A stretch of DNA of 64,000 nucleotides, from contig OZ024741.1 in assembly GCA_964016885.1 (NCBI GenBank), forward strand, positions 22,382,001 to 22,446,000, written 5' to 3'. The position numbers were made by a program, and so were the translations under genes. The DNA comes from Eledone cirrhosa (Eukaryota). The first letter of the stretch is position 1. Each line of letters begins with the position of its first letter. Positions 11,420 through 27,315 of this stretch are shown here, one piece after another. The notes below the pieces were generated by a model. The model saw only the letters and a program-made list of their open reading frames with translations, was not told the DNA's origin and did not search any database.

Positions 11420-14400
11420 CATATTTCTAATGAAAGACACTACCTATGTCATTAACCCTTTCATTACCATATTTCAAATGAAAGACACTACCTATGTCAT
11501 TAACCCTTTCATTACCGTATTTCTAATGAAAGACACTGTCTATTGCATTAACCCTTTCATTACCATATTTCTAATGCAAGACACTACCTATGTCATTACC
11601 CCTTTCATTACCATATTTCTAATGAAAGACACTGTCTATGTCATTAACCCTTTCATTACCATATTTCTAATGAAAGACACTGTCTATGTCATTAACGCTT
11701 TCATTACCATATGTCTAATGAAAGACACTACATATGTTCTTAACCCTTTCATAACCATATTTCTAATGAAAGACACTACCTATGTCATTAACCCTTTCAT
11801 TAGCATATTTCTAATGAAAGACACTGTCTATGTCATTAACCCTTTCATTACCATATTTCTAATGAAAGACACTACCTATGTCATTAAGCCTTTCATTACC
11901 ATTTTTATAATGAAAGAGACTGTCTATGTCATTAACCCTTTCATTAACATATGTCTACTGAAAGACACTGTCTATGTCATTAACCCTTTCATTACCATAT
12001 TTCTAATGAAAGACACTGTCTATTGCATTAACCCTTTCATTACCATATTTCTAATGAAAGACACTGTCTATATCATTAACCCTTTCATTACCATATGTCT
12101 AATGAAAGACACTGCCTATGTCATTAACCCTTTCATTACAATATTTCTAATGAAAGAGACTGTCTATGTCATTAACCCTTTCATTACCATATGTCTACTG
12201 AAAGACACTGTCTATGTCATTAACCCTTTCATTACCATATTTCTAATGAAAGACACTGTCTATTGCATTAACCCTTTCATTACCATATTTCTAATGCAAG
12301 ACACTACCTATGTCATTACCCCTTTCATTACCATATTTCTAATGAAAGACACTGTCTATGTCATTAACCCTTTCATTACCATATTTCTAATGAAAGACAT
12401 TGTCTATGTCATTAACCCTTTCATTACCATATTTCTAATGAAAGACACTACCTATGTCATTAACCCTTTCATTACCATATTTATAATGTAAGACACTGTC
12501 TATTGCATTAACCCTTTCATTACAATATTTCTAATGAAAGAGACTGTCTATGTCATTAACCCTTTCATTACCATATGTCTACTGAAAGACACTGTCTATG
12601 TCATTAACGCTTTCATTACCATATTTCTAATGAATGACACTAGCTATGTCATTAACCCTTTCATTACCATATTTCTAATGAAAGACACTACCTATGTCAT
12701 TAACCCTTTCATTACCATATTTCTAATGAAAGACACTGTCTATATCATTAACCCTTTCATTACCATATTTCTAATGAAAGACACTGTCTATGTCATTAAC
12801 CCTTTCATTACCATATTTCTAATGAAAGACACTGTCTATGTCATTAACCCTTTCATTACCATATTTCTAATGAAAGACACTGTCTATGTCATTAACCCTT
12901 TCATTACCATATTTCTAATAAAAGACACTACCTATGTCATTAACCCTTTCATTACCATATTTATAATGAAAGACACTGTCTATTGCATTAACCCTTTCAT
13001 TACCATATTTATAATGAAAGACACTGCCTATGTCATTAACCCTTTCATTACCATATTTCTAATGAAAGACACTGTCTATGTCATTAACCCTTTCATTACC
13101 ATATTTATAATGAAAGACACTGCCTATGTCATTAACCCTTTCTTTACCATATGTCTAATGAAAGACACTGCCTATGTCATTAACCCTTTCATTACAATAT
13201 TTCTAATGAAAGAGACTGTCTATGTCATTAACCCTTTCATTACCATATGTCTACTGAAAGACACTGTCTATATCATTAACCCTTTCATTACCATATTTCT
13301 ATTGAAAGACACTATCTATGTCATTAACCCTTTCGTTACCATATTTCTAATGAATGACACTAGCTATGTCATTAACCCTTTCATTACCATATTTCTAATG
13401 AAAGACACTACCTATGTCATTAACCCTTTCATTACCATATTTCTAATGAAAGACACTGTCTATGTCATTAACCCTTTCATTACCATATTTCTAATGAAAG
13501 ACACTGTCTATGTCATTAACCCTTTCATTACCATATTTCTAATGAAAGACACTATCTATGTCATTAACCCTTTCATTACCATATTTCTAATGAAAGACAC
13601 TGTCTATGTCATTAACTCTTTCATTACCATATGTCTAATAACAGACACTGTCTATGTCATTAACCCTTTCAGTACCATATTTCTAATGAAAGACACTACC
13701 TATGTCATTAACCCTTTCATTACCATATTTCTAATGAAAGACACTACCTATGTCATTAACCTTTCATTGCCATATTTCTAATGAAAGACACTACCTATGT
13801 CATTAACCCTTTCATTACCATATTTCAAATGAAAGACACTACCTATGTCATTAACCCTTTCATTACCATATTTCTAATGAAAGACACTGTCTATTGCATT
13901 AACCCTTTCATTACCATATTTCTAATGCAAGACACTACCTATGTCATTACCCCTTTGATTACCATATTTCTAATGAAAGACACTGTCTATGTCATTAACC
14001 CTTTCATTACCATATTTCTAATGAAAGACACTGTCTATGTCATTAACGCTTTCATTACCATATGTCTAATGAAAGACACTACATATGTTCTTAACCCTTT
14101 CATAACCATATTTCTAATGAAAGACACTACCTATGTCATTAACCCTTTCATTACCATATTTCTAATGAAAGACACTGTCTATGTCATTAACCCTTTCATT
14201 ACCATATTTCTAATGAAAGACACTACCTATGTCATTAACCCTTTCATTACAATATTTCTAATGAAAGACACTTTCTATGTCATTAACCCTTTCATTACCA
14301 TATTTCTAACGAAAGACACTGTCTATGTCATAAACTCTTTCATTACCATGTCTAGTGAAAGACACTACCTATGTCATTAACCCTTTGATTACCATATTTC

Positions 14401-17400
14401 TAATGAAAGACATTACCTATGTCATTAACCCTTTCATTACCATATTTCTAATGAAAGACACTGTCTATGTCATTAACCCTTTCATTACCATATGTCTAAT
14501 GAAAGACACTACCTATGTCATTAACCCTTTCATTACCATATTTCTAATGAAAGACACTACCTATGTCATTAACCCTTTCATTACCATATTTCTAATGAAA
14601 GACACTGTCTATGTCATTAACCCTTTCATTACCATATTTCTAATGAAAGACACTATCTATGTCATTAACCCTTTCATTACCATATTTCTAATGAAAGACA
14701 CTACCTATGTCATTAACCCTTTCATTACCATATTTCTAATGAAAGACACTACCTATGTCATTAACCCTTTCATTACCATATTTCTAATGAAAGACACTGT
14801 CTATGTCATTAACCCTTTCATTACAATATTTCTAATGAAAGAGACTGTCTATGTCATTAACCCTTTCATTACCATATGTCTACTGAAAGACACTGTCTAT
14901 GTCATTAACCCTTTCATTACCATATTTCTAATGAAAGACACTGTCTATGTCATTAACCCTTTCAGTACCATATTTCTAATGAAAGACACTACCTATGTCA
15001 TTAACCCTTTCATTACCATATTTCGAATGAAAGATACTACCTATGTCATTAACCCTTTCATTACCATATATCTAATGAAAGACACTGTCTATGTCATTAA
15101 CCCTTTCATTACCATATGTCTACTGAAAGACACTGTCTATGTCATTAACCCTTTCATTACCAGATGTCTCATGAAAGACACTGTGTATGTCATTAACCCT
15201 TTCATTACCATATTTCTAATGAAAGACACTGTCTATGTCATTAACCCTTTCATTACCATATTTCTAATGAAAAACACTACCTATGTCATTAACCCTTTCA
15301 TTACCATATTTCTAATGAAAGACACTGCCTATGTCATTAACCCTTTCATTACCATATTTCTAATGAAACACACTGTCTATGTCATTAACTCTTTCATTAC
15401 CATATGTCTAATAACAGACACTGTCTATGTCATTAACCCTTTCAGTACCATATTTCTAATGAAAGACACTACCTATGTCATTAACCCTTTCATTACCATA
15501 TTTCTAATGAAAGACACTACCTATGTCATTAACCTTTCATTGCCATATTTCTAATGAAAGACACTACCTATGTCATTAACCCTTTCATTACCATATTTCA
15601 AATGAAAGACACTACCTATGTCATTAACCCTTTCATTACCGTATTTCTAATGAAAGACACTGTCTATTGCATTAACCCTTTCATTACCATATTTCTAATG
15701 CAAGACACTACCTATGTCATTACCCCTTTCATTACCATATTTCTAATGAAAGACACTGTCTATGTCATTAACCCTTTCATTACCATATTTCTAATGAAAG
15801 ACACTGTCTATGTCATTAACGCTTTCATTACCATATGTCTAATGAAAGACACTACATATGTTCTTAACCCTTTCATAACCATATTTCTAATGAAAGACAC
15901 TACCTATGTCATTAACCCTTTCATTAGCATATTTCTAATGAAAGACACTGTCTATGTCATTAACCCTTTCATTACCATATTTCTAATGAAAGACACTACC
16001 TATGTCATTAAGCCTTTCATTACCATTTTTATAATGAAAGAGACTGTCTATGTCATTAACCCTTTCATTAACATATGTCTACTGAAAGACACTGTCTATG
16101 TCATTAACCCTTTCATTACCATATTTCTAATGAAAGACACTGTCTATTGCATTAACCCTTTCATTACCATATTTCTAATGAAAGACACTGTCTATATCAT
16201 TAACCCTTTCATTACCATATGTCTAATGAAAGACACTGCCTATGTCATTAACCCTTTCATTACAATATTTCTAATGAAAGAGACTGTCTATGTCATTAAC
16301 CCTTTCATTACCATATGTCTACTGAAAGACACTGTCTATGTCATTAACCCTTTCATTACCATATTTCTAATGAAAGACACTGTCTATTGCATTAACCCTT
16401 TCATTACCATATTTCTAATGCAAGACACTACCTATGTCATTACCCCTTTCATTACCATATTTCTAATGAAAGACACTGTCTATGTCATTAACCCTTTCAT
16501 TACCATATTTCTAATGAAAGACATTGTCTATGTCATTAACCCTTTCATTACCATATTTCTAATGAAAGACACTACCTATGTCATTAACCCTTTCATTACC
16601 ATATTTATAATGTAAGACACTGTCTATTGCATTAACCCTTTCATTACAATATTTCTAATGAAAGAGACTGTCTATGTCATTAACCCTTTCATTACCATAT
16701 GTCTACTGAAAGACACTGTCTATGTCATTAACGCTTTCATTACCATATTTCTAATGAATGACACTAGCTATGTCATTAACCCTTTCATTACCATATTTCT
16801 AATGAAAGACACTACCTATGTCATTAACCCTTTCATTACCATATTTCTAATGAAAGACACTGTCTATATCATTAACCCTTTCATTACCATATTTCTAATG
16901 AAAGACACTGTCTATGTCATTAACCCTTTCATTACCATATTTCTAATGAAAGACACTGTCTATGTCATTAACCCTTTCATTACCATATTTCTAATGAAAG
17001 ACACTGTCTATGTCATTAACCCTTTCATTACCATATTTCTAATAAAAGACACTACCTATGTCATTAACCCTTTCATTACCATATTTATAATGAAAGACAC
17101 TGTCTATTGCATTAACCCTTTCATTACCATATTTATAATGAAAGACACTGCCTATGTCATTAACCCTTTCATTACCATATTTCTAATGAAAGACACTGTC
17201 TATGTCATTAACCCTTTCATTACCATATTTATAATGAAAGACACTGCCTATGTCATTAACCCTTTCTTTACCATATGTCTAATGAAAGACACTGCCTATG
17301 TCATTAACCCTTTCATTACAATATTTCTAATGAAAGAGACTGTCTATGTCATTAACCCTTTCATTACCATATGTCTACTGAAAGACACTGTCTATATCAT

Positions 17401-18362
17401 TAACCCTTTCATTACCATATTTCTATTGAAAGACACTATCTATGTCATTAACCCTTTCGTTACCATATTTCTAATGAATGACACTAGCTATGTCATTAAC
17501 CCTTTCATTACCATATTTCTAATGAAAGACACTACCTATGTCATTAACCCTTTCATTACCATATTTCTAATGAAAGACACTGTCTATGTCATTAACCCTT
17601 TCATTACCATATTTCTAATGAAAGACACTGTCTATGTCATTAACCCTTTCATTACCATATTTCTAATGAAAGACACTATCTATGTCATTAACCCTTTCAT
17701 TACCATATTTCTAATGAAAGACACTGTCTATGTCATTAACTCTTTCATTACCATATGTCTAATAACAGACACTGTCTATGTCATTAACCCTTTCAGTACC
17801 ATATTTCTAATGAAAGACACTACCTATGTCATTAACCCTTTCATTACCATATTTCTAATGAAAGACACTACCTATGTCATTAACCTTTCATTGCCATATT
17901 TCTAATGAAAGACACTACCTATGTCATTAACCCTTTCATTACCATATTTCAAATGAAAGACACTACCTATGTCATTAACCCTTTCATTACCATATTTCTA
18001 ATGAAAGACACTGTCTATTGCATTAACCCTTTCATTACCATATTTCTAATGCAAGACACTACCTATGTCATTACCCCTTTGATTACCATATTTCTAATGA
18101 AAGACACTGTCTATGTCATTAACCCTTTCATTACCATATTTCTAATGAAAGACACTGTCTATGTCATTAACGCTTTCATTACCATATGTCTAATGAAAGA
18201 CACTACATATGTTCTTAACCCTTTCATAACCATATTTCTAATGAAAGACACTACCTATGTCATTAACCCTTTCATTACCATATTTCTAATGAAAGACACT
18301 GTCTATGTCATTAACCCTTTCATTACCATATTTCTAATGAAAGACACTACCTATGTCATTAA
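11420..18362. repeat. Two ~2.8-kb copies (11420-14238 and 15544-18362), offset 4124 bp (86 monomers)
   Basis: Landmarks 12491/16615, 12534/16658 and 13781/17905 are 4124 apart. The rare ATTAGC variant is shared (11803/15927) and the two 415-aa translations are identical. Confidence 0.88.
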
Positions 18363-21300
18363 GCCTTTCATTACCATATTTATAATGAAAGAGACTGTCT
18401 ATGTCATTAACCCTTTCATTAACATATGTCTACTGAAAGACACTGTCTATGTCATTAACCCTTTCATTACCATATTTCTAATGAAAGACACTGTCTATTG
18501 CATTAACCCTTTCATTACCATATTTCTAATGAAAGACACTGTCTATATCATTAACCCTTTCATTACCATATGTCTAATGAAAGACACTGCCTATGTCATT
18601 AACCCTTTCATTACAATATTTCTAATGAAAGAGACTGTCTATGTCATTAACCCTTTCATTACCATATGTCTACTGAAAGACACTGTCTATGTCATTAACC
18701 CTTTCATTACCATATTTCTAATGAAAGACACTGTCTATTGCATTAACCCTTTCATTACCATATTTCTAATGCAAGACACTACCTATGTCATTACCCCTTT
18801 CATTACCATATTTCTAATGAAAGACACTGTCTATGTCATTAACCCTTTCATTACGATATTTCTAATGAAAGACATTGTCTATGTCATTAACCCTTTCATT
18901 ACCATATTTCTAATGAAAGACACTACCTATGTCATTAACCCTTTCATTACCATATTTATAATGTAAGACACTGTCTATTGCATTAACCCTTTCATTACCA
19001 TATTTCTAATGAAAGACACTGTTATATCATTAACGCTTTCATTACCATATGTCTAATGAAAGACACTGCCTATGTCATTAACCCTTTCATTACAATATTT
19101 CTAATGAAAGAGACTGTCTATGTCATTAACCCTTTCATTACCATATATCTACTGAAAGACAGTGTCTATGTCATTAACGCTTTCATTACCATATTTCTAA
19201 TGAATGACACTAGCTATGTCATTAACCCTTTCATTACCATATTTCTAATGAAAGACACTACCTATGTCATTAACCCTTTCATTACCATATTTCTAATGAA
19301 AGACACTGTCTATGTCATTAACCCTTTCATTACCATATTTCTAATGAAAGACACTGTCTATTGCATTAACCCTTTCATTACCATATTTCTAATGCAAGAC
19401 ACTACCTATGTCATTACCCCTTTGATTACCATATTTCTAATGAAAGACACTGTCTATGTCATTAACCCTTTCATTACCATATTTCTAATGAAAGACACTG
19501 TCTATGTCATTAACGCTTTCATTACCATATGTCTAATGAAAGACACTACATATGTTCTTAACCCTTTCATAACCATATTTCTAATGAAAGACACTACCTA
19601 TGTCATTAACCCTTTCATTACCATATTTCTAATGAAAGACACTGTCTATGTCATTAACCCTTTCATTACCATATTTCTAATGAAAGACACTACCTATGTC
19701 ATTAAGCCTTTCATTACCATATTTATAATGAAAGAGACTGTCTATGTCATTAACCCTTTCATTAACATATGTCTACTGAAAGACACTGTCTATGTCATTA
19801 ACCCTTTCATTACCATATTTCTAATGAAAGACACTGTCTATTGCATTAACCCTTTCATTACCATATTTCTAATGAAAGACACTGTCTATATCATTAACCC
19901 TTTCATTACCATATGTCTAATGAAAGACACTGCCTATGTCATTAACCCTTTCATTACAATATTTCTAATGAAAGAGACTGTCTATGTCATTAACCCTTTC
20001 ATTACCATATGTCTACTGAAAGACACTGTCTATGTCATTAACCCTTTCATTACCATATTTCTTATGAAAGACACTGTCTATTGCATTAACCCTTTCATTA
20101 CCATATTTCTAATGCAAGACACTACCTATGTCATTACCCCTTTCATTACCATATTTCTAATGAAAGACACTGTCTATGTCATTAACCCTTTCATTACCAT
20201 ATTTCTAATGAAAGACATTGTCTATGTCATTAACCCTTTCATTACCATATTTCTAATGAAAGACACTACCTATGTCATTAACCCTTTCATTACCATATTT
20301 ATAATGTAAGACACTGTCTATTGCATTAACCCTTTCATTACCATATTTCTAATGAAAGACACTGTTATATCATTAACCCTTTCATTACCATATGTCTAAT
20401 GAAAGACACTGCCTATGTCATTAACCCTTTCATTACAATATTTCTAATGAAAGAGACTGTCTATGTCATTAACCCTTTCATTACCATATGTCTACTGAAA
20501 GACAGTGTCTATGTCATTAACGCTTTCATTACCATATTTCTAATGAATGACACTAGCTATGTCATTAACCCTTTCATTACCATATTTCTAATGAAAGACA
20601 CTACCTATGTCATTAACCCTTTCATTACCATATTTCTAATGAAAGACACTGTCTATGTCATTAACCCTTTCATTACCATATTTCTAATGAAAGACACTGT
20701 CTATGTCATTAACCCTTTCATTACCATATTTCTAATGAAAGACACTATCTATGTCATTAACCCTTTCATTACCATATTTCTAATGAAAGACACTACCTAT
20801 GTCATTAACCCTTTCATTACCATATTTCTAATGAAAGACACTACCTATGTCATTAACCCTTTCATTACCATATTTCTAATGAAAGACACTGTCTATGTCA
20901 TTAACCCTTTCATTACCATATTTCTAATGAAAGACACTGTCTATGTCATTAACCCTTTCATTACCATATTTCTAATGAAAGACACTGTCTATGTCATTAA
21001 CCCTTTCATTACCATATTTCTAATGAAAGACACTATCTATGTCATTAACCCTTTCATTACCATATTTCTAATGAAAGACACTGTCTATGTCATTAACCCT
21101 TTCATTACCATATTTCTAATGAAAGACACTGTCTATGTCATTAACCCTTTCAGTACCATATTTCTAATGAAAGACACTACCTATGTCATTAACCCTTTCA
21201 TTACCATATTTCGAATGAAAGACACTGTCTATGTCATTAACCCTTTCATTACCATATATCTAATGAAAGACACTGTCTACGTCATTAACCCTTTCATTAC

Positions 21301-24300
21301 CATATTTCTAATGAAAGACACTATCTATGTTATTAACCCTTTCATTACCATATTTCTAACGAAAGACCCTGTCTATGTCATTAACCCTTCATTACCATGT
21401 TTCTAATGAAAGACACTGTCTATGTCATTAACCCTTTCAGTACCATATTTCTAATGAAAGACACTACCTATGTCATTAACCCTTTCATTACCATATTTCG
21501 AATGAAAGATACTACCTATGTCATTGACCCTTTCATTACCATATATCTAATGAAAGACACTGTCTATGTCATTAACCCTTTCATTACCATATGTCTACTG
21601 AAAGACACTGTCTATGTCATTAACCCTTTCATTACCAGATGTCTCATGAAAGACACTGTGTATGTCATTAACCCTTTCATTACCATATTTCTAATGAAAG
21701 ACACTGTCTATGTCATTAACCCTTTCATTACCATATTTCTAATGAAAAACACTACCTATGTCATTAACCCTTTCATTACCATATTTCTAATGAAAGACAC
21801 TGCCTATGTCATTAACCCTTTCATTACCATATTTCTAATGAAACACACTGTCTATGTCATTAACTCTTTCATTACCATATGTCTAATAACAGACACTGTC
21901 TATGTCATTAACCCTTTCAGTACCATATTTCTAATGAAAGACACTACCTATGTCATTAACCCTTTCATTACCATATTTCTAATGAAAGACACTACCTATG
22001 TCATTAACCTTTCATTGCCATATTTCTAATGAAAGACACTACCTATGTCATTAACCCTTTCATTACCATATTTCAAATGAAAGACACTACCTATGTCATT
22101 AACCCTTTCATTACCGTATTTCTAATGAAAGACACTGTCTATTGCATTAACCCTTTCATTACCATATTTCTAATGCAAGACACTACCTATGTCATTACCC
22201 CTTTCATTACCATATTTCTAATGAAAGACACTGTCTATGTCATTAACCCTTTCATTACCATATTTCTAATGAAAGACACTGTCTATGTCATTAACGCTTT
22301 CATTACCATATGTCTAATGAAAGACACTACATATGTTCTTAACCCTTTCATAACCATATTTCTAATGAAAGACACTACCTATGTCATTAACCCTTTCATT
22401 ACCATATTTCTAATGAAAGACACTGTCTATGTCATTAACCCTTTCATTACCATATTTCTAATGAAAGACACTGTCTATGTCATTAACCCTTTCATTACCA
22501 TATTTCTAATGAAAGACACTATCTATGTCATTAACCCTTTCATTACCATATTTCTAATGAAAGACACTGTCTATGTCATTAACTCTTTCATTACCATATG
22601 TCTAATAACAGACACTGTCTATGTCATTAACCCTTTCAGTACCATATTTCTAATGAAAGACACTACCTATGTCATTAACCCTTTCATTACCATATTTCTA
22701 ATGAAAGACACTACCTATGTCATTAACCTTTCATTGCCATATTTCTAATGAAAGACACTACCTATGTCATTAACCCTTTCATTACCATATTTCAAATGAA
22801 AGACACTACCTATGTCATTAACCCTTTCATTACCATATTTCTAATGAAAGACACTGTCTATTGCATTAACCCTTTCATTACCATATTTCTAATGCAAGAC
22901 ACTACCTATGTCATTACCCCTTTGATTACCATATTTCTAATGAAAGACACTGTCTATGTCATTAACCCTTTCATTACCATATTTCTAATGAAAGACACTG
23001 TCTATGTCATTAACGCTTTCATTACCATATGTCTAATGAAAGACACTACATATGTTCTTAACCCTTTCATAACCATATTTCTAATGAAAGACACTACCTA
23101 TGTCATTAACCCTTTCATTACCATATTTCTAATGAAAGACACTGTCTATGTCATTAACCCTTTCATTACCATATTTCTAATGAAAGACACTACCTATGTC
23201 ATTAAGCCTTTCATTACCATATTTATAATGAAAGAGACTGTCTATGTCATTAACCCTTTCATTAACATATGTCTACTGAAAGACACTGTCTATGTCATTA
23301 ACCCTTTCATTACCATATTTCTAATGAAAGACACTGTCTATTGCATTAACCCTTTCATTACCATATTTCTAATGAAAGACACTGTCTATATCATTAACCC
23401 TTTCATTACCATATGTCTAATGAAAGACACTGCCTATGTCATTAACCCTTTCATTACAATATTTCTAATGAAAGAGACTGTCTATGTCATTAACCCTTTC
23501 ATTACCATATGTCTACTGAAAGACACTGTCTATGTCATTAACCCTTTCATTACCATATTTCTAATGAAAGACACTGTCTATTGCATTAACCCTTTCATTA
23601 CCATATTTCTAATGCAAGACACTACCTATGTCATTACCCCTTTCATTACCATATTTCTAATGAAAGACACTGTCTATGTCATTAACCCTTTCATTACGAT
23701 ATTTCTAATGAAAGACATTGTCTATGTCATTAACCCTTTCATTACCATATTTCTAATGAAAGACACTACCTATGTCATTAACCCTTTCATTACCATATTT
23801 ATAATGTAAGACACTGTCTATTGCATTAACCCTTTCATTACCATATTTCTAATGAAAGACACTGTTATATCATTAACGCTTTCATTACCATATGTCTAAT
23901 GAAAGACACTGCCTATGTCATTAACCCTTTCATTACAATATTTCTAATGAAAGAGACTGTCTATGTCATTAACCCTTTCATTACCATATATCTACTGAAA
24001 GACAGTGTCTATGTCATTAACGCTTTCATTACCATATTTCTAATGAATGACACTAGCTATGTCATTAACCCTTTCATTACCATATTTCTAATGAAAGACA
24101 CTACCTATGTCATTAACCCTTTCATTACCATATTTCTAATGAAAGACACTGTCTATGTCATTAACCCTTTCATTACCATATTTCTAATGAAAGACACTGT
24201 CTATTGCATTAACCCTTTCATTACCATATTTCTAATGCAAGACACTACCTATGTCATTACCCCTTTGATTACCATATTTCTAATGAAAGACACTGTCTAT

Positions 24301-27300
24301 GTCATTAACCCTTTCATTACCATATTTCTAATGAAAGACACTGTCTATGTCATTAACGCTTTCATTACCATATGTCTAATGAAAGACACTACATATGTTC
24401 TTAACCCTTTCATAACCATATTTCTAATGAAAGACACTACCTATGTCATTAACCCTTTCATTACCATATTTCTAATGAAAGACACTGTCTATGTCATTAA
24501 CCCTTTCATTACCATATTTCTAATGAAAGACACTACCTATGTCATTAAGCCTTTCATTACCATATTTATAATGAAAGAGACTGTCTATGTCATTAACCCT
24601 TTCATTAACATATGTCTACTGAAAGACACTGTCTATGTCATTAACCCTTTCATTACCATATTTCTAATGAAAGACACTGTCTATTGCATTAACCCTTTCA
24701 TTACCATATTTCTAATGAAAGACACTGTCTATATCATTAACCCTTTCATTACCATATGTCTAATGAAAGACACTGCCTATGTCATTAACCCTTTCATTAC
24801 AATATTTCTAATGAAAGAGACTGTCTATGTCATTAACCCTTTCATTACCATATGTCTACTGAAAGACACTGTCTATGTCATTAACCCTTTCATTACCATA
24901 TTTCTAATGAAAGACACTGTCTATTGCATTAACCCTTTCATTACCATATTTCTAATGCAAGACACTACCTATGTCATTACCCCTTTCATTACCATATTTC
25001 TAATGAAAGACACTGTCTATGTCATTAACCCTTTCATTACCATATTTCTAATGAAAGACATTGTCTATGTCATTAACCCTTTCATTACCATATTTCTAAT
25101 GAAAGACACTACCTATGTCATTAACCCTTTCATTACCATATTTATAATGTAAGACACTGTCTATTGCATTAACCCTTTCATTACCATATTTCTAATGAAA
25201 GACACTGTTATATCATTAACCCTTTCATTACCATATGTCTAATGAAAGACACTGCCTATGTCATTAACCCTTTCATTACAATATTTCTAATGAAAGAGAC
25301 TGTCTATGTCATTAACCCTTTCATTACCATATGTCTACTGAAAGACAGTGTCTATGTCATTAACGCTTTCATTACCATATTTCTAATGAATGACACTAGC
25401 TATGTCATTAACCCTTTCATTACCATATTTCTAATGAAAGACACTACCTATGTCATTAACCCTTTCATTACCATATTTCTAATGAAAGACACTGTCTATG
25501 TCATTAACCCTTTCATTACCATATTTCTAATGAAAGACACTGTCTATGTCATTAACCCTTTCATTACCATATTTCTAATGAAAGACACTATCTATGTCAT
25601 TAACCCTTTCATTACCATATTTCTAATGAAAGACACTACCTATGTCATTAACCCTTTCATTACCATATTTCTAATGAAAGACACTACCTATGTCATTAAC
25701 CCTTTCATTACCATATTTCTAATGAAAGACACTGTCTATGTCATTAACCCTTTCATTACCATATTTCTAATGAAAGACACTGTCTATGTCATTAACCCTT
25801 TCATTACCATATTTCTAATGAAAGACACTGTCTATGTCATTAACCCTTTCATTACCATATTTCTAATGAAAGACACTATCTATGTCATTAACCCTTTCAT
25901 TACCATATTTCTAATGAAAGACACTGTCTATGTCATTAACCCTTTCATTACCATATTTCTAATGAAAGACACTGTCTATGTCATTAACCCTTTCAGTACC
26001 ATATTTCTAATGAAAGACACTACCTATGTCATTAACCCTTTCATTACCATATTTCGAATGAAAGACACTGTCTATGTCATTAACCCTTTCATTACCATAT
26101 ATCTAATGAAAGACACTGTCTACGTCATTAACCCTTTCATTACCATATTTCTAATGAAAGACACTATCTATGTTATTAACCCTTTCATTACCATATTTCT
26201 AACGAAAGACCCTGTCTATGTCATTAACCCTTCATTACCATGTTTCTAATGAAAGACACTGTCTATGTCATTAACCCTTTCAGTACCATATTTCTAATGA
26301 AAGACACTACCTATGTCATTAACCCTTTCATTACCATATTTCGAATGAAAGATACTACCTATGTCATTAACCCTTTCATTACCATATATCTAATGAAAGA
26401 CACTGTCTATGTCATTAACCCTTTCATTACCATATGTCTACTGAAAGACACTGTCTATGTCATTAACCCTTTCATTACCAGATGTCTCATGAAAGACACT
26501 GTGTATGTCATTAACCCTTTCATTACCATATTTCTAATGAAAGACACTGTCTATGTCATTAACCCTTTCATTACCATATTTCTAATGAAAAACACTACCT
26601 ATGTCATTAACCCTTTCATTACCATATTTCTAATGAAAGACACTGCCTATGTCATTAACCCTTTCATTACCATATTTCTAATGAAACACACTGTCTATGT
26701 CATTAACTCTTTCATTACCATATGTCTAATAACAGACACTGTCTATGTCATTAACCCTTTCAGTACCATATTTCTAATGAAAGACACTACCTATGTCATT
26801 AACCCTTTCATTACCATATTTCTAATGAAAGACACTACCTATGTCATTAACCTTTCATTGCCATATTTCTAATGAAAGACACTACCTATGTCATTAACCC
26901 TTTCATTACCATATTTCAAATGAAAGACACTACCTATGTCATTAACCCTTTCATTACCGTATTTCTAATGAAAGACACTGTCTATTGCATTAACCCTTTC
27001 ATTACCATATTTCTAATGCAAGACACTACCTATGTCATTACCCCTTTCATTACCATATTTCTAATGAAAGACACTGTCTATGTCATTAACCCTTTCATTA
27101 CCATATTTCTAATGAAAGACACTGTCTATGTCATTAACGCTTTCATTACCATATGTCTAATGAAAGACACTACATATGTTCTTAACCCTTTCATAACCAT
27201 ATTTCTAATGAAAGACACTACCTATGTCATTAACCCTTTCATTACCATATTTCTAATGAAAGACACTGTCTATGTCATTAACCCTTTCATTACCATATTT

Positions 27301-27315
27301 CTAATGAAAGACACT
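17510..27315. repeat. Tandem duplication, period 4843 bp (101 monomers)
   Basis: Landmarks 17905/22748, 19056/23899, 20399/25242, 21397/26240 and 22029/26872 are all 4843 apart. The rare ACG variant is shared at 18855/23698. The only differences I noticed are at 20063 and 21526. Confidence 0.92.
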
